Notes: generated from the letters alone by a model not told the origin. 63,512 nucleotides of DNA, filler included, from Perkinsus olseni (GCA_013115125.1; 22 parts of 22 records of this genome joined end to end with filler, not necessarily neighbours in it), one strand, 5' to 3'. Shown: positions 1 to 12,647, numbered from the whole stretch's first letter. Program-made: numbers and translations.

Positions 1-1792
1 GGTGACGCTCACCAGCGAGCGCAGCCCAATACACAGGCGGCCAAGTCGATGTCGGAAGCATGAAGTACTGATCAAGGTAGTTAACGAAGCTCGTCACCCG
101 TTGATCTTGTGGTTGAATGCGCTTCAGTTCACCCCAGACCTGCTCTACTTCTGTAGGATGCAAACATGGTAGACCAAAGACTGCATGTAACCACCTGTTC
201 AACTGACTGTGGGCCTCTCCATTATTGACCTGCTCGCGATAAACAGGTGCGAGACCTTCGGATTGAATCCTTCTGAACCACGCCTTGCTGGCATGAAACA
301 AACAAGCCCGCAAGTTCTGGGGTTCTACCATGAAGACACTGGTGATGGCATTCCGGAGACCGTTCTCGAAGTCCGTCATGACCTGGGCAACCGAGCAAGC
401 TCCATTCACCTGCTCTACCGCGCGCCTCAGTTCGCGGAGAGCCATACGATAGGTCCGTTCCAGTTTGTCTGGTAGTAGAACATAAGCCAGTTGGATGAAT
501 TGCGTGCCGATACAACCCGTCACCGTCATAGTTTGAGCGAAGCCCGGAGGTGTTACAAAGAAGGTACAGTCAATAAAGAACATGTCCACATCGGCCCATT
601 TTCGGATGCATTCAGTAGCTGCGAAGACGGCAATACCCTCATCGACGTCGTTGAAACGGAGAAAGGTATCTCCATTTGTAGTTTGTAGGCCATGACGAGC
701 TATGTTCTCGTATGTTTGCCGTCTGAACTGCTGCGAACCGATAGGACCAGTGGGTAGACCGGGCACCTGAAGTGAACTCCTCATAGTGTAGGACTGTCGC
801 TCACGCAAGTTCCTGACATCACGAGCATCAGCATACTCGTTGTTTCCTGTCACGGTAAGAGCACCCACTACGGCAAGATTCTCATCGTTGAGAGCAGCAA
901 CTTGAAGTCGACGGGCAGCGAGAGACACCTCTTGTCGATGGGGATCGGGTAGGCAACCGGGAACGTGCGGAGAAGGGCGACGAACCCAATGACTCCTGTC
1001 AGCAGCTAGGGTACACGAAGACGTGCAGTGACCTGGCCCACGGCAGCGATACCTTACGCCAACGCGGGTGCCCCGTCCTTCTCTTGCATAAAGGCGATGC
1101 TCCCACCAGAAAGCCTCGTTATTCCGGTTGGTCAGAGTAAATAACATACCAGGTATGGTAGCTCCATAGGGATTAGTGCCACTCAAGTTCGGGGAGGGAT
1201 TTGGTGGCCGCTCATCACCGTTTTCTGTTGAGTCCCCTTCATGAAGGGGCCCTTCATTAACAGGCTCTACATTCTGGTGCCCTCCAGAGAGAGGCTGTTG
1301 AGTACCGGATGCTCCGCCAGCCACCGTCCGGTGATACGGACTGTCGGCCCGAATAATTCCCCGTGCGGGCGCAGTGAGGGGTAAGTCACGAGTAGTCGCA
1401 CCTTGTCGGACGTCGAACGAACCTCCAGTCTGAGAAGCGTTGGCGTTGACAGTAGCAGCAGCATGACCGTTAGATTGTGTCGAACCTCTCGTCAGATTGT
1501 TGCCGAACGACATAAGCAAATCGCTTCCCGACGAACCGGTTGCCGTCGCAGCCGGAGCAGACCTCGAGAGAACACGGAGGCCTTGTGACCTCGAGAACAG
1601 CGTTGTTAACCCGAGAAGAGCGCTTGCGTTCGATGATACGCCAGAGTTAGAGAGGATATCAGAAACAACTCCTACTTCAGCAGTTCCCTGACCGTTTGCC
1701 ATCGACGTGGTACCACCGGTGTCAAGTGATCCCAACCTTGAAGGTACACCGGATGCAGTCACCGTAGTCAACCCGGGATGCTGTAGATCCAT
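1..1792 (-). mobile_element. Mutator-like (MULE) DDE transposase, 3'-truncated by window edge
   Basis: Manual translation from ATG at 1792 is open for 597 codons to the edge; absent from the ORF track because it has no stop. Motifs: FFIDCTFFVTPPGFAQ, YVLLPDKLERTY, VMTDFENGLRNA, RACLFHASKAWFRRIQSEGL, FVNYLDQYF. A Cys/His cluster (YRCRGPGHCTSSC...H) lies upstream. Confidence 0.9.
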
Positions 1793-1864
1793 TCTCAAGT
1801 TAGCAGCGAGTTGGGGATCAGCTTCCACTCCAGCGCGGAGCTGCGTTACCGTAGGTGATCACCT

Positions 1865-2016
1865 ATGCGACATCACCTATGAGGTTAGTCACGGAAGAGT
1901 AGACCAGGTAAAAAGGCATCCCAATAATGCGACATCACCTATGAGGTTAGTCACGGAAGAGTAGACCAGGTAAAAAGGCATCCCAATAATGCGACATCAC
2001 CTATGAGGTTAGTCAC
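1865..2016. repeat. 62-bp perfect tandem repeat, ~2.45 copies
   Basis: Unit beginning ATGCGACATCACCTATGAGGTTAGTCAC starts at 1865, 1927 and 1989. Confidence 0.95.
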
Positions 2017-2969
2017 TGGAAAGTTGCGTGGAAAGCCGGCGAGAATCCTGAGGCTGCAGCGATACATGTGGAGACGGTACTACACAGATGCGAAGCCTTC
2101 AGAGGAACTCGAGCGAGTAACTCAAAGCCGTGCCATTGTGGTACGTGGATGTTTTGCACAGCCCGATACGGTTCCACTGGAGGGCACAGGGTGCTCAGAA
2201 GGGAGACCGGAGCCCGAACCATGATTGCAATCCAACGAGACACAGCAGAGGAAGGCTACACCGCGAGTATTCACTCCACAAACATCAGCATACAACTATG
2301 GAACTGCCTCGACCCTTGGTGCCACAAGCAGCTTCGGGACGATTGAGCAGAAACAACTGCAAGCAAACGTGGCTAGTAGAAGTTCTATGATAGAGCTACA
2401 GTGTGGAGCATGGGCAAAGCTGAGTGGGGAATCCCCAATGGGGACAGTGGACACAATTGGCATCTCGTGTGCAGCAGGAACACGTTCCGACTGTTTGGCC
2501 GAACGTACTAGGGTCCTCGAGGCTGAATTATGGGGCAAGGATTCCCGCCGACATATTCAAGGGCACCGTAATCGCGCAGAAAACTCTACCAGTATGCTCA
2601 GCCGAACTACTGAGTGCTCAATGAGCACACGCAACGAGCAACGAGCTCAATGAACACTGCTCATTGAGCAGTGCTTAATCGCTACACGGTGGCGGCCACA
2701 TCCACGCAACCCCCTTTTTCCACCCTCACTGCCGCACTGCACCAGTGAGCCCAATGCTTAGCTCAGACTAATCCCTTTCCCGTCTTTATCGCCCTTGGTG
2801 AACGGAGGCCTCCAGACCTGCCAACTCCAAAATCCCAAAACACCCCGAAATCCTGCCTCCTGGTGAAGTNNNNNNNNNNNNNNNNNNNNNNNNNNNNNNN
2901 NNNNNNNNNNNNNTTAATTAATTAANNNNNNNNNNNNNNNNNNNNNNNNNNNNNNNNNNNNNNNNNNNN

Positions 2970-3385
2970 GCTAGTAGGCCGAGTATACCGAGAATACCGT
3001 GAAGGACCGCTATCCTCTCAAAGCCAATCTTGAATATGTTCGCTACCGGTCTCAAGGAGAGGAATAGCGATATGCTCATAGCCCACGCTGCCAGACGGCC
3101 AATGACAACGCAAAATATACTCAGCAAATTTCTCGGTGGATATGTGACTAGCTGGAGAACTGTGGCGAGCATCAAAGCACTAATGATAACGGTGCAGCTG
3201 AGGGCGATTACACGGCTGGGCAGGAGAGCAGCGCAAGGCCGACGAAAAGAATTCGGGATGTACTTGCGCAGAACGAATGCTACTGAAAGGCTGGTCAGGG
3301 CGATCAGAGAACAAATAGGATAGACCAGCTGTGACCAAAGGGGGAGGGTCGTCGCCATGGCAGCAGAAGCAAATAACCCTAACAA
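2970..3385 (-). CDS. Ferric reductase-like transmembrane protein, N-terminal part (truncated)
   Basis: Several TM helices, then GRLAAWAMSISLFLSLRP...IGFERIAVLHGILG, resembling the first heme-His region of the ferric reductase TM domain. Confidence 0.6.
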
Positions 3386-4553
3386 CGAGGAAATGCTTAG
3401 TAATTCTCTAGACCCACAGAACGGAGTGGTGATATATACTTATTCCCTTCTGTGAAAGTGTGGGGCGAGATGAAGTTCCAGGCAGCGTTATCGAGAGCTG
3501 ATTAGAGAGCACCACTAAGAGCAGCCGCTTAGGGGAGACCAGAGACGCTGAGGTGCACGCAAGCACACGTCCAAGCGGACGTCTACGCAGTTTCCAAAAC
3601 TCCCCATTCTAATCGACCGCGTCTTCGTGGAGCATATTATCAAGGATATGCCGCAAAGCCTGACAGTAATTCTTAGTGGAGCACTTCACGCAGTCGTCAG
3701 AGGGTCTAACGCGCTCGCTTATCACAGACTGCGTGGGGTCCACGCCGTGGACTCAACCCAGCAGGACGAGAGCCCATAATAGACCGCGAAGATGGGTTGG
3801 ACTTCGGGAGATTCCGGACGGTGTAATCCCGTTGAACACGGATTGGAATCTTGGCAGTGCTCAAAAGGGTGGAGACACGGGAGCCGCCAAAACTCAGTCA
3901 CTCGCGGCTGTATGTCGCTTTGTGTGTATGCGTGCACCTTATTGCCTTTGAGCGTACGCTGAGAATGAGATGATGCACACCCCGCTACATCTAATGAGCA
4001 TGGGCCGCTAGAAATAAGCGAGGGTCGTCTGAGTCTCTAGGCGCAGATCTTTGCCGCTCACGTGAGGCGCAAGAACAATGCTGATGTACTGCCAGGCAGG
4101 CATTATTCTTACTTGATCCCTTCACGGAGGTGCACTACTGTATAAGTCAGTACAGTGTGACTATTTGAGACGGGGCTCAAAGAGTGGTAAAATTGGTCTC
4201 GAGAGAAGCTTAGTGATAATGTGAACTACAGCTTACTACGCTGATTTCAGTGTAGCACGTATACTCATGGACGCTAGTTCGAAGCGCAAAGTGAGGACAG
4301 ATGGTTATCTGATAGTAATAGTACGGAGTAGCAGTGAAGGTAAGTGCATCGATGATAGTCTAACAGCTGAATAGTAATCAACCTGGCTGTAGCTGTTACA
4401 TAGCGTACACTATAGGCGTCACTATGTTGTCACTATAGTGCAGAGGCGCATCCCGAGCTGAAGGCCCTCAATTCTCCCAGTACTAAGTCAGCCCAAGTGT
4501 AAAGTAGTCATGGTTCGGTGCGCCCATGAATAGCCTACGCCGGGATGTTAGAA

Positions 4554-4575
4554 CTTCTAAGTTAGAAGTTCTAAC
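4554..4575. repeat. 22-bp 7-8-7 scar, target CTTCTAAC
   Basis: cttctaa + gttagaag + ttctaac, exact. Confidence 0.9.
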
Positions 4576-5375
4576 GGCTACCTGTTTCCTATGACCCGAG
4601 CTAGCGGCCATGCTTGGTGATGCCTATCGGATGACGGTATCGCTGGCCGCTAGTCAGGAGACCGACATTCACCTTGCGCGATTAAGGCAGTTTGCTGTCA
4701 TTGAAGCGCACGGGTGAGCCGAGGCATCAGAACAGGTTTTCTTCCAACCAGCTGAACCGAAACTTGAGTTCGGATCGAGCTTGCTGATCGCCTGGTTGCT
4801 GGCCTGGTTGGCCGGGCAGGCGCCTTGAAATGCAACCTGACGGGCGTACAGTCCAATTGCTCCGGCCCAAGGGCAAGCTGCTTGGCCATCGCTGTGAATG
4901 GCGAAGTTGGCGGCGGTAGCCATCACCTTGTGGTGGACGATCAGAGAGTCAATATTTCTCTGGTTGTCCTCAGACCAATGAAAACACAACACGGCAATTT
5001 TGTCGCTGGCAAAACTCGCTCGAGAAGGAAGACCATCCAGGACCGTGACGAAGCATCGCTTTGAATGCGTTCGAATCTCGAAGGCCATTTAGGCCAGAAC
5101 AGACTAGACACCAAGTGCCATTCAGTGCGAGATGAGAAAAAGCGAGACGAAACCGAGAAAAACCGCAAAGGCGGCGGAGTGATCTGGCAGACGTGGACGC
5201 ACAACGCGCCAATATGCCTGTTGATGATCAGGATGAGTAAAATGACTAAAGAAGAGGAACGGAATGCCTCAATAATCCATCGCAATAAACTTCAAAAAGC
5301 GGTGAGGGATATCAGAAATGCCGAAAACTTTGCGACTTTCGTGTGATTGCTATAGGGAAGGATCGGCTGACTTAT

Positions 5376-5830
5376 TCACCAGGGTAACATCTTGAAGTTC
5401 TCTCTTCTCACTGAGCCCAAGGATAGTCCATGTAGTAGTTTCGCACCGCTGATAGATTTCAGAGCGGCGCTCACGAGAGGATCGGGTCCGCATAAAAAGA
5501 AGTTTATACGGCTAGCTCCCTCTTCAACAGCTCGAGTGTAGGCACTCATAACGAACTCCTCGAGCTCTTCAGTTCCCGGTACCGAGTGATAGTCAAGTAG
5601 AGTCACATGAGAGGCCGCACCGTAGCGAGGAGGCCCACCCTCACGGATCTCGCCATCTAGTGAGTGACCGGACTCAGTGTCAGCAGATAATAACCAAGAC
5701 GCCTGAGCCTTGTCTCCGGAGTAGAGGAGTCGTTTGGTACCAACATCTTCGATAGAAGGGTAGATGAGGTCGAGGGAGTCGACGTTGTAGAGATGCCAAA
5801 GCACGGATACTCTCGAGCGTTGAACTGATA
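5376..5830 (-). CDS. Ferric reductase NAD-binding domain, C-terminal part
   Basis: INFFLCGPDPLVSAAL...VRRENF, matching the FNR-family CGP motif and terminal ENF. Confidence 0.65.
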
Positions 5831-6060
5831 NNNNNNNNNNNNNNNNNNNNNNNNNNNNNNNNNNNNNNNNNNNNTTAATTAATTAANNNNNNNNNNNNNN
5901 NNNNNNNNNNNNNNNNNNNNNNNNNNNNNNTCTTACAAGACATTTAAGAGATGCTTGTGGTGGTCTGTGTACTATTCTTGGTAGTCTTATCTTTATTTTT
6001 CCACGTCGAAGGCCAATCGCTCCTCCACGAAGAGTTGTAAGACCAGCCGTCCCAGGTATT

Positions 6061-6909
6061 TCATCTACCCGACGACTTGGTTTTCCACCATTCTTGATCC
6101 TCTGTAGTACTGGTACGACGGGGTGTAGTAGTTGTGGTAGGAGGCGAGGCGGAGAAGCCAGCGGACTTACATAAGATGTTCTCAAGAGCCGGGGAGAAGT
6201 GGTGCTTGCAGTTGAGGTCTAGATCGGAGACTCGGCCATCGAGGACTGCAGAGTGTATGTCCTGAATAAGGGGTTCGAAGGAAAATTTGGCTCTGACAGT
6301 GCCGTTAGGACCAAAGCCAGAATCGCACAACTTACCAACGACAGATGCGACGGAAGCAGAAGATACCAAGGAGCAATAAAATAGTCTCCCGGCGATAGCT
6401 TGACCAGCCAATATGAATGCGGTGATGGGCACAGGTGCCGGAGATTGGTAGGAGTCCTGGAACTTCATGTCTTTCATCCTGATGAAACCAGGAGGCACAT
6501 GTGACTGCCAGGGTTGTTCAATCCAGGATGATAACCAAGACTCACGATACGGAGTGGAAGACATCAAGTGCCCCGGAATTGAGGAAGCCGTAGGTGTGGA
6601 AGACGATCGGGGTGAGAAGTCTACCGGGCGGGCTGAAGCTGAGCCAACTTGGTGCGGGAGGGAAGGGCGTTCTTCGGAGAGGGCAAATGCTTGGGATGGT
6701 TTTCGTGGAGTGCCCTCGGAGGGTCGATCGATGGGCTCCACCGACGTGCGGTGTAAACCTCGACGACTCTTGCTGGCACGAGGAGACTCGGAAGAGCTGG
6801 CTGAAGCCGAGGGAGGGTTGAGCTCCTTGTAACTCGAAGCGGAGGCTGCAGCTGAGTCGATCGAGGTGGTAAGAGGGGGCTTACGTTTTCTCTTGGGTGA
6901 GGAAGGCAT
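6061..6909 (-). CDS. Hypothetical 282-aa protein with Ser/Pro-rich N-terminus, possibly a retroelement ORF1
   Basis: Long intronless ORF with no recognised domain. The frame stays open and Trp-rich past TGA to a TAA at 5944-5946. Confidence 0.4.
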   Translation of the reverse strand: MPSSPKRKRKPPLTTSIDSAAASASSYKELNPPSASASSSESPRASKSRRGLHRTSVEPIDRPSEGTPRKPSQAFALSEERPSLPHQVGSASARPVDFSPRSSSTPTASSIPGHLMSSTPYRESWLSSWIEQPWQSHVPPGFIRMKDMKFQDSYQSPAPVPITAFILAGQAIAGRLFYCSLVSSASVASVVGKLCDSGFGPNGTVRAKFSFEPLIQDIHSAVLDGRVSDLDLNCKHHFSPALENILCKSAGFSASPPTTTTTPRRTSTTEDQEWWKTKSSGR

Positions 6910-7570
6910 GGTGAGTGGGAGGGGAGAACCAAATAACTACGAGCATGGAGTTCTCAAGAGTCGAGACTGCAACATGCAAGAAAGAGGTTGCTGTACTCTA
7001 GAACGAGCGACAACGCCGCATCAGCTCTGGACTAGAGCAGTGCACTAAAGGGTGAGAAAAAAATCTGGGCAATTCCCGAGAAAGGAGAGCCATTGTGCTT
7101 GCGTGCGGCTCCTGTAGTGTACGCGCGCACAAACTGCGTCGTGCGCCACATTCATTGCAGAGAGACAGTGCAGGTGATTACCATGAGGATGGAGCCTCTA
7201 ACGACCTACTTGACAAGTCTGGTGGTTGGCTCTGTAACAACACCAAATGATTCTACCCACTATGACCATCTGATCCTCTCTTTTTTTAGAGCTTAAGTCG
7301 TTGAGTTCATGTCAAGAGTTATCGGATGCGTCGAATACACTCCTGGAGAGAATTCAAACACCCGAACTGCGAAACTGAATCTAGATACACGCAATGGGGT
7401 GATCTAGATTCAAGTCTCTCGATAACTTGAGGACTTGGATCACGGCGGCGGTCACGTCGAGCCGCTCCCCATTGCAACCGGATTGATCCAACCGACTCTA
7501 TGGCCTGAGCTATCTCAGTGTCGAATAGATAGTATTCCTTTTCAAAACATTCAGGTGTTTTCAGTTTCAT

Positions 7571-7903
7571 ATGTGCGAATCGTTATTGGACAAATATATT
7601 TCTTTGAAAAGATCGTGCATATCTTTGAACCAATCGTGTGTGGATAAAACCGTCGCGGACGATACCGGTTACGGATGGATCACTGTTGGCCGGAACAAGC
7701 ACTTTTCCGATGTAAGAAAAGATTGTGGACGAACCGAAATTTGTACGAAACAATCTTGGGTCAGGGCTACAGTGGACCAATCGATTATGGACGAGTGGCG
7801 GTACGCTTTTGACGACATCGCCAAGATAAAGACCCAAGTCTGCCTCAAGTACAAACGAGGACGATGCATCTTCGGCGACACATGTTACCGACTACTAACC
7901 TAA
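7571..7903 (+). CDS. Small ORF with degenerate CCCH-type zinc finger
   Basis: KTQVCLKYKRGRCIFGDTCYRL has CCCH spacing but lacks the final His. Confidence 0.35.
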   Translation: MCESLLDKYISLKRSCISLNQSCVDKTVADDTGYGWITVGRNKHFSDVRKDCGRTEICTKQSWVRATVDQSIMDEWRYAFDDIAKIKTQVCLKYKRGRCIFGDTCYRLLT

Positions 7904-9748
7904 AGATACAACAACTCAAACGTTCACAACATCCATCAAAGCACTGCACCTTCACTACGGCAACATCGCCAACGACAACAGGCCTAACATCCATCTCCAA
8001 TAACTAAGATTTCGCAAAGTAATGTACACCGTGTACATTACACGAAACCCATACCACTGCATGCGAGTGCGAGATAGCCCGCCATTTCTCGTCTCGTTGT
8101 CGGTCTTGAAGGAGAGCTCTCGTCTCGTTCCGGCCACGGGTCCGAGAACTAGCGAGAACCGAGAATCTCTTGACCCAGTCTCGCAGGTCTTACTCCTTAA
8201 TTGAAGCTTTCCTCAAACATCGTGCTGTACATGGTATGATCGCCACTTCTCTCAGCACAAAGGGCGCCGGCTGTCACACCAATTTTACACAGTAGTGGTT
8301 AGCTGCTGCGGTCTTTCTCAGCTGTTGTCTCCCACCAGAGCGCTGAGGGTATCGGTGATGTCGTAGGGCGACAGTTTTCGCGAGAGCTTAGGGGCTTCCC
8401 GCTTCACCGCCGCGACGACTGTGAGCCCATGGGCAAGGCGAGGCTTCACCGGAGTGTTACCTGCTACCTCTATCCTTATTAGCCGATGAACCCAGCAGAT
8501 CATCATCTGGTGTTTGATCCAGACACTCGTGGTAGGCGAACTCGATACCCGTGGGTTAGAGAATAATACTTGACCCCAACCTATTGGTTGGATTGTCCAG
8601 CATCCACCGTGACGGTTCGATCATCCGATGGCGAGCGAGTGATGCAATGGAGTGATATGGGTAACGCACGCAGAAGGTACTACTGGACAATGGTGTGATA
8701 GGTCAATTGGGTTATATATAGATATCATCAGTATCTAACACTATCGCAGTATCGGACGAAGGGACACTTCGTCGTTCGGGATCNNNNNNNNNNNNNNNNN
8801 NNNNNNNNNNNNNNNNNNNNNNNNNNNTTAATTAATTAANNNNNNNNNNNNNNNNNNNNNNNNNNNNNNNNNNNNNNNNNNNNTCAGTGATTACATGCTC
8901 ATATACTATTGATTTCCTCGGCATTAAGTTCCGGAATCTTGGGCTCGCCGCAGTAGGCTGTAACACGTATCCCATAGGCAAGGCTGTTCTCCTAATGAGT
9001 CTCCCCACTACTGCTAGGCTACTGGTCGCAAATGACCAAACGCAACATCCAGCGAAATGCGTGAGAAATGTTTTATAGAGAGCATGGCAGCGTTGTTTAC
9101 ACATTGACCTCATCCTTGTAGTTGCCATCACGTACCTCAACCAAGGAGGACTTGTGTTGTCTTGTGACAAGACTCTTGTCATTTCTGCTTCATGCCATCG
9201 CGCTGTCTTTTGCGCGCGCCCCCTTGCCACTCTCTTCTGGACGGTACAGAGGCTGCATCGAATTTCACGTGGCGTTCCTGAACGCCAGTAACATTAGCTC
9301 GAGCCAGGAACTCGCCTCCCGGAGTAGTAGAGATGTTTGGCAAACTCGGGTCACCGAAAATTCCTTCTTAACCTCTCGTATTCTCCCGTTACGAGTGCCC
9401 ACTCATTTTGTCAGCACCACCGCAAACAGATTCAGGCGGAACATATTCCTCCCGTGAGGACCCTGCCAGACGAATGAGTGATCCTCGCGCGTATTCAATA
9501 ATTGCCCAACGTAACTCCCCACAGAGCTGCCTCATAAAGCGGCGGGTTGAACCCACCGCACGCCGCGCGTGGCACGCACCGCGCTCGAAGTACTCAAATT
9601 CCGCATCTTCATTTCGGCTCGCCTCACTCCGCGACCGCGATCATCGGAGATTCACGCTCATTGGGATGTTTCATGGTTCAAACTCTAGGGCGCGCCATAC
9701 CCTCTCTAATCGAGCTCTCGCTTAGAGTAATTTACTATTACCGCTCCT

Positions 9749-10192
9749 ATGCTCATCCTCTCTGCCTTGATCTTCCTCTGCTCATCAGCTGAGGGCAATC
9801 CTTTCGACGGCTTCACCCTGCCTGGAGACGACCAGGATTGGCTAGCTTGGGGACCACCTGGCAACACCACTGCGGCTCCCGATCTCTCCTTCGCGCCCGA
9901 AGCACCGTCCATCGAAGAAAGGTTGCAAAACTTGGAGATCCTTCCCTACCGCAGCCTCACCACAGCGGCTCCCAGTAGCTCAAGTCCTACGACGGCAGCG
10001 GTAACCTCCAAGTCCGTGGTGGAGCTGCTGGCGGAGTTGGACATCCCCCACGGGGACATCTTCTTGGCCGCAGCGATGAGCACGACCGTGTCTCCGCAGG
10101 AGAATCTCCGCGGCGGTGGCCTCACGAGCTTCGGAGGCACCACATCGGTCGCATGGGTGGTATTAGGGGTAGTGGCAGCGACAGTAATGTGA
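9749..10192 (+). CDS. Secreted, probably GPI- or tail-anchored Ser/Thr-rich protein
   Basis: Signal peptide MLILSALIFLCSSAEG, TTAAP motifs and a hydrophobic C-terminus. Confidence 0.65.
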   Translation: MLILSALIFLCSSAEGNPFDGFTLPGDDQDWLAWGPPGNTTAAPDLSFAPEAPSIEERLQNLEILPYRSLTTAAPSSSSPTTAAVTSKSVVELLAELDIPHGDIFLAAAMSTTVSPQENLRGGGLTSFGGTTSVAWVVLGVVAATVM

Positions 10193-11075
10193 GGACGGCT
10201 AGAAGGAAGCTGGTCGGCGAGCCCACGCGGCTACCGGCGACTGTAGAATTATTGAATAATTTGGCTATCATATTATGACATTGCATGTCGTTGTCTGCGG
10301 AAACAATAGTGATGGAGTTGATAACCATGTTGAGTTGATTAAGCTAGTGAGTGGGAAGCAATACAATCTACTTCAGAATATCATTCAATCAGATCAAGTC
10401 AGCGCCGAGCGAATCATTGTATGCACCAGCGCGCGTCCTCTATTACGTTGACTTGTTTGTAAGGCCAGCGAAAGCGCGCGCGAGCGTCACCAGCTAGTCC
10501 CGTCGAATGGTAAACAGCGACACCAGTAATTCCAGCGTATTCTTCGACTCAACGTCGACACCATGCCAACGACAACGGGACGCGCGTCGGCGAGGCGGTT
10601 TCGATCGCATTATTCGTGGGCTGGGCCAGGTGTCCAAGGCCGTCAAGGCCCTTCAAAGCACACTCAGACCCGAACATAGCTGTCTCTTGATCAGTAAGCA
10701 ACATGAGTCACGTGATGTGACCACACAAAACTCAACAGCTTTATGATAAAGCATGCATTTCTTGTGTGGCGGGAAATGCACTCATCGAGCCCGACTGTGG
10801 CAACTCTGTATGGAAGCTTCCAGCGGTGTATGTGTTATGCATTTGTGGAACTGCAACCAACTCCAACATTTCATTAAAATGATGGAGTTGGTTGGAATGA
10901 TTTCAACGCAAGGTCATTCGTCCAGCTTTTAGCCGGTAAACCAAAAAGCCACCACGACGTGGAACGGCCGTTCGACTCCGGCGAATCTATGAGGAGTCAC
11001 CGACGATAACAACCGAGCCTCGCAGTTGACACAAATCCACAGGCACGAAAAACACACCATGGGCACAGTGATGAA

Positions 11076-11725
11076 TCAAAGCGACCAAGGTAAGCGTTTG
11101 GCCCCGCCGGTCAGCGATATAAAGTAGTAGCCAGGAGAGTGGTTATCACAACGGCCATCGAAGACTTCGATGCAGAACTCCGTCCATCTCGTGTTCGCCA
11201 ACCTTCCCTCGCCTAGAACCTACTCATCAACAGCAAGCTAATATCCGACGGGAAGGTCCTTCCGTTCATCACCGAGCTGAACATAGGAAAGACGTGAATC
11301 ATCTCTTCGTAGACCTCCAACCGGCAGCTCGTCACCGCCGCTGCCCGCTCTGCAAAGGGCAAAATATCCTCCATGAATCCCTCCACCTCTCCCGCCTGAG
11401 AGTGAGGCTCACTAAGTGTTCTTATGGCAACGTTCTACATAGCATCTACCTGCAACAGTATGGGGCAGCCTCCGAATGTGGTTGGTCCAAAATCACCCAG
11501 AGTGACTGAGGCCAGGTCAGCCTGATCAGAAGAGCACTCTCCACGTTATCCGACTGTCAAACGCCGGACTCCCTTCTTGCTGCCGAAGAGCTCCTTGCTG
11601 TGTATCACTCGCCACTCTACCGTCCCATCAGCGTTGTCTTCAGCCGGTGACCGATACCACTCTCCGTGCATCAGAGCCATGCCAGCGTTCCAAACCATCA
11701 CATTCGAGAGCATGTCCAGGCTCAT
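11076..11725 (-). CDS. Alpha/beta hydrolase (HSL-like esterase), spliced C-terminal exons
   Basis: Manual splicing gives [25 protein letters not shown]...[24 protein letters not shown], the catalytic acid and His region. Confidence 0.7.
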
Positions 11726-11825
11726 NNNNNNNNNNNNNNNNNNNNNNNNNNNNNNNNNNNNNNNNNNNNTTAATTAATTAANNNNNNNNNNNNNNNNNNN
11801 NNNNNNNNNNNNNNNNNNNNNNNNN

Positions 11826-12647
11826 CGTAACCAAAAATGAACATTGATAAATTCATGGTGAAGACGCCAAGTTTGAAGCCGATGGCGTTCTGAACCTGGA
11901 AAGAGCCTCTGCTGAAGAAGGGAGAATCAGATCTATGAGTCAGCGTGAACATCGACTCCCTATCTCGTATACCTTAGCGACGTCCTCTGTCATTCTAGTA
12001 GGCAACTCGGCTGGCGATATGGTGTCGAACCAAGCCACGTCATGGGAGAGAACTGGCAATATGGTAGGAAGGGGGCAACAGTTTTTAAGCGATGCGTTAC
12101 CTGCTTCGAAATAGGCCCTCCTCATGGTAGTTGCTTGACTTTGAGCCGTGAATGTGAGTAGCCCATGCCAAACGCCAGCGAGAACTAAAGCTGCAAGGCC
12201 TATGTATACCTGAAGAGTTCGAGGGGCAACAACTTATCCGGAGTCGATGCAAGAGTTATACCAGATAGAGGCAACGCTTGGAGATTTCGTCCATGAAGTC
12301 GACACCTCCAGGGTTACCAAGGACGTCTGTCGATATAAATAGCAAAAAGTGCGTACCGCGAACACTTACCAACCAGGTCACCGAATATGTATGCAAACAT
12401 TGGCAGGGACATTCCGTGCAGGGCAGCGGCCAACACCGCGCCAACTGAGAGGAGCATCGAATGCCGAGGCATCAAGGGGGACGAGCTTACTAACGGCTAA
12501 TAATTCAGCTCTTGTCGCGAAGCGAAAGAGCTTGTAATACGGCACTATCTTCGTCTTGGGCCGAGTTGCTGCAGTAGTGGGCGGAGACACGACGACAACG
12601 TCGTCAGTCCCGGCAGTTGATGGGGCGACTTCTGCATCAACGGTCAT
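11826..12647 (-). CDS. ABCB/P-glycoprotein (MDR) transporter, spliced N-terminal exons
   Basis: KIVPYYKLFRFATRAE; AWFDTISPAELPTRMTEDVAKV; QNAIGFKLGVFTMNLSMFIFG. Confidence 0.85.

Noticed and set aside
2870-2969. Regularly spaced TTAATTAATTAA motif as a biological repeat or CRISPR-like array
   Set aside because: It is embedded in fixed N44 pads and separates size-sorted contigs, so it is an assembly linker. ORFs ending in X...LIN are artefacts.
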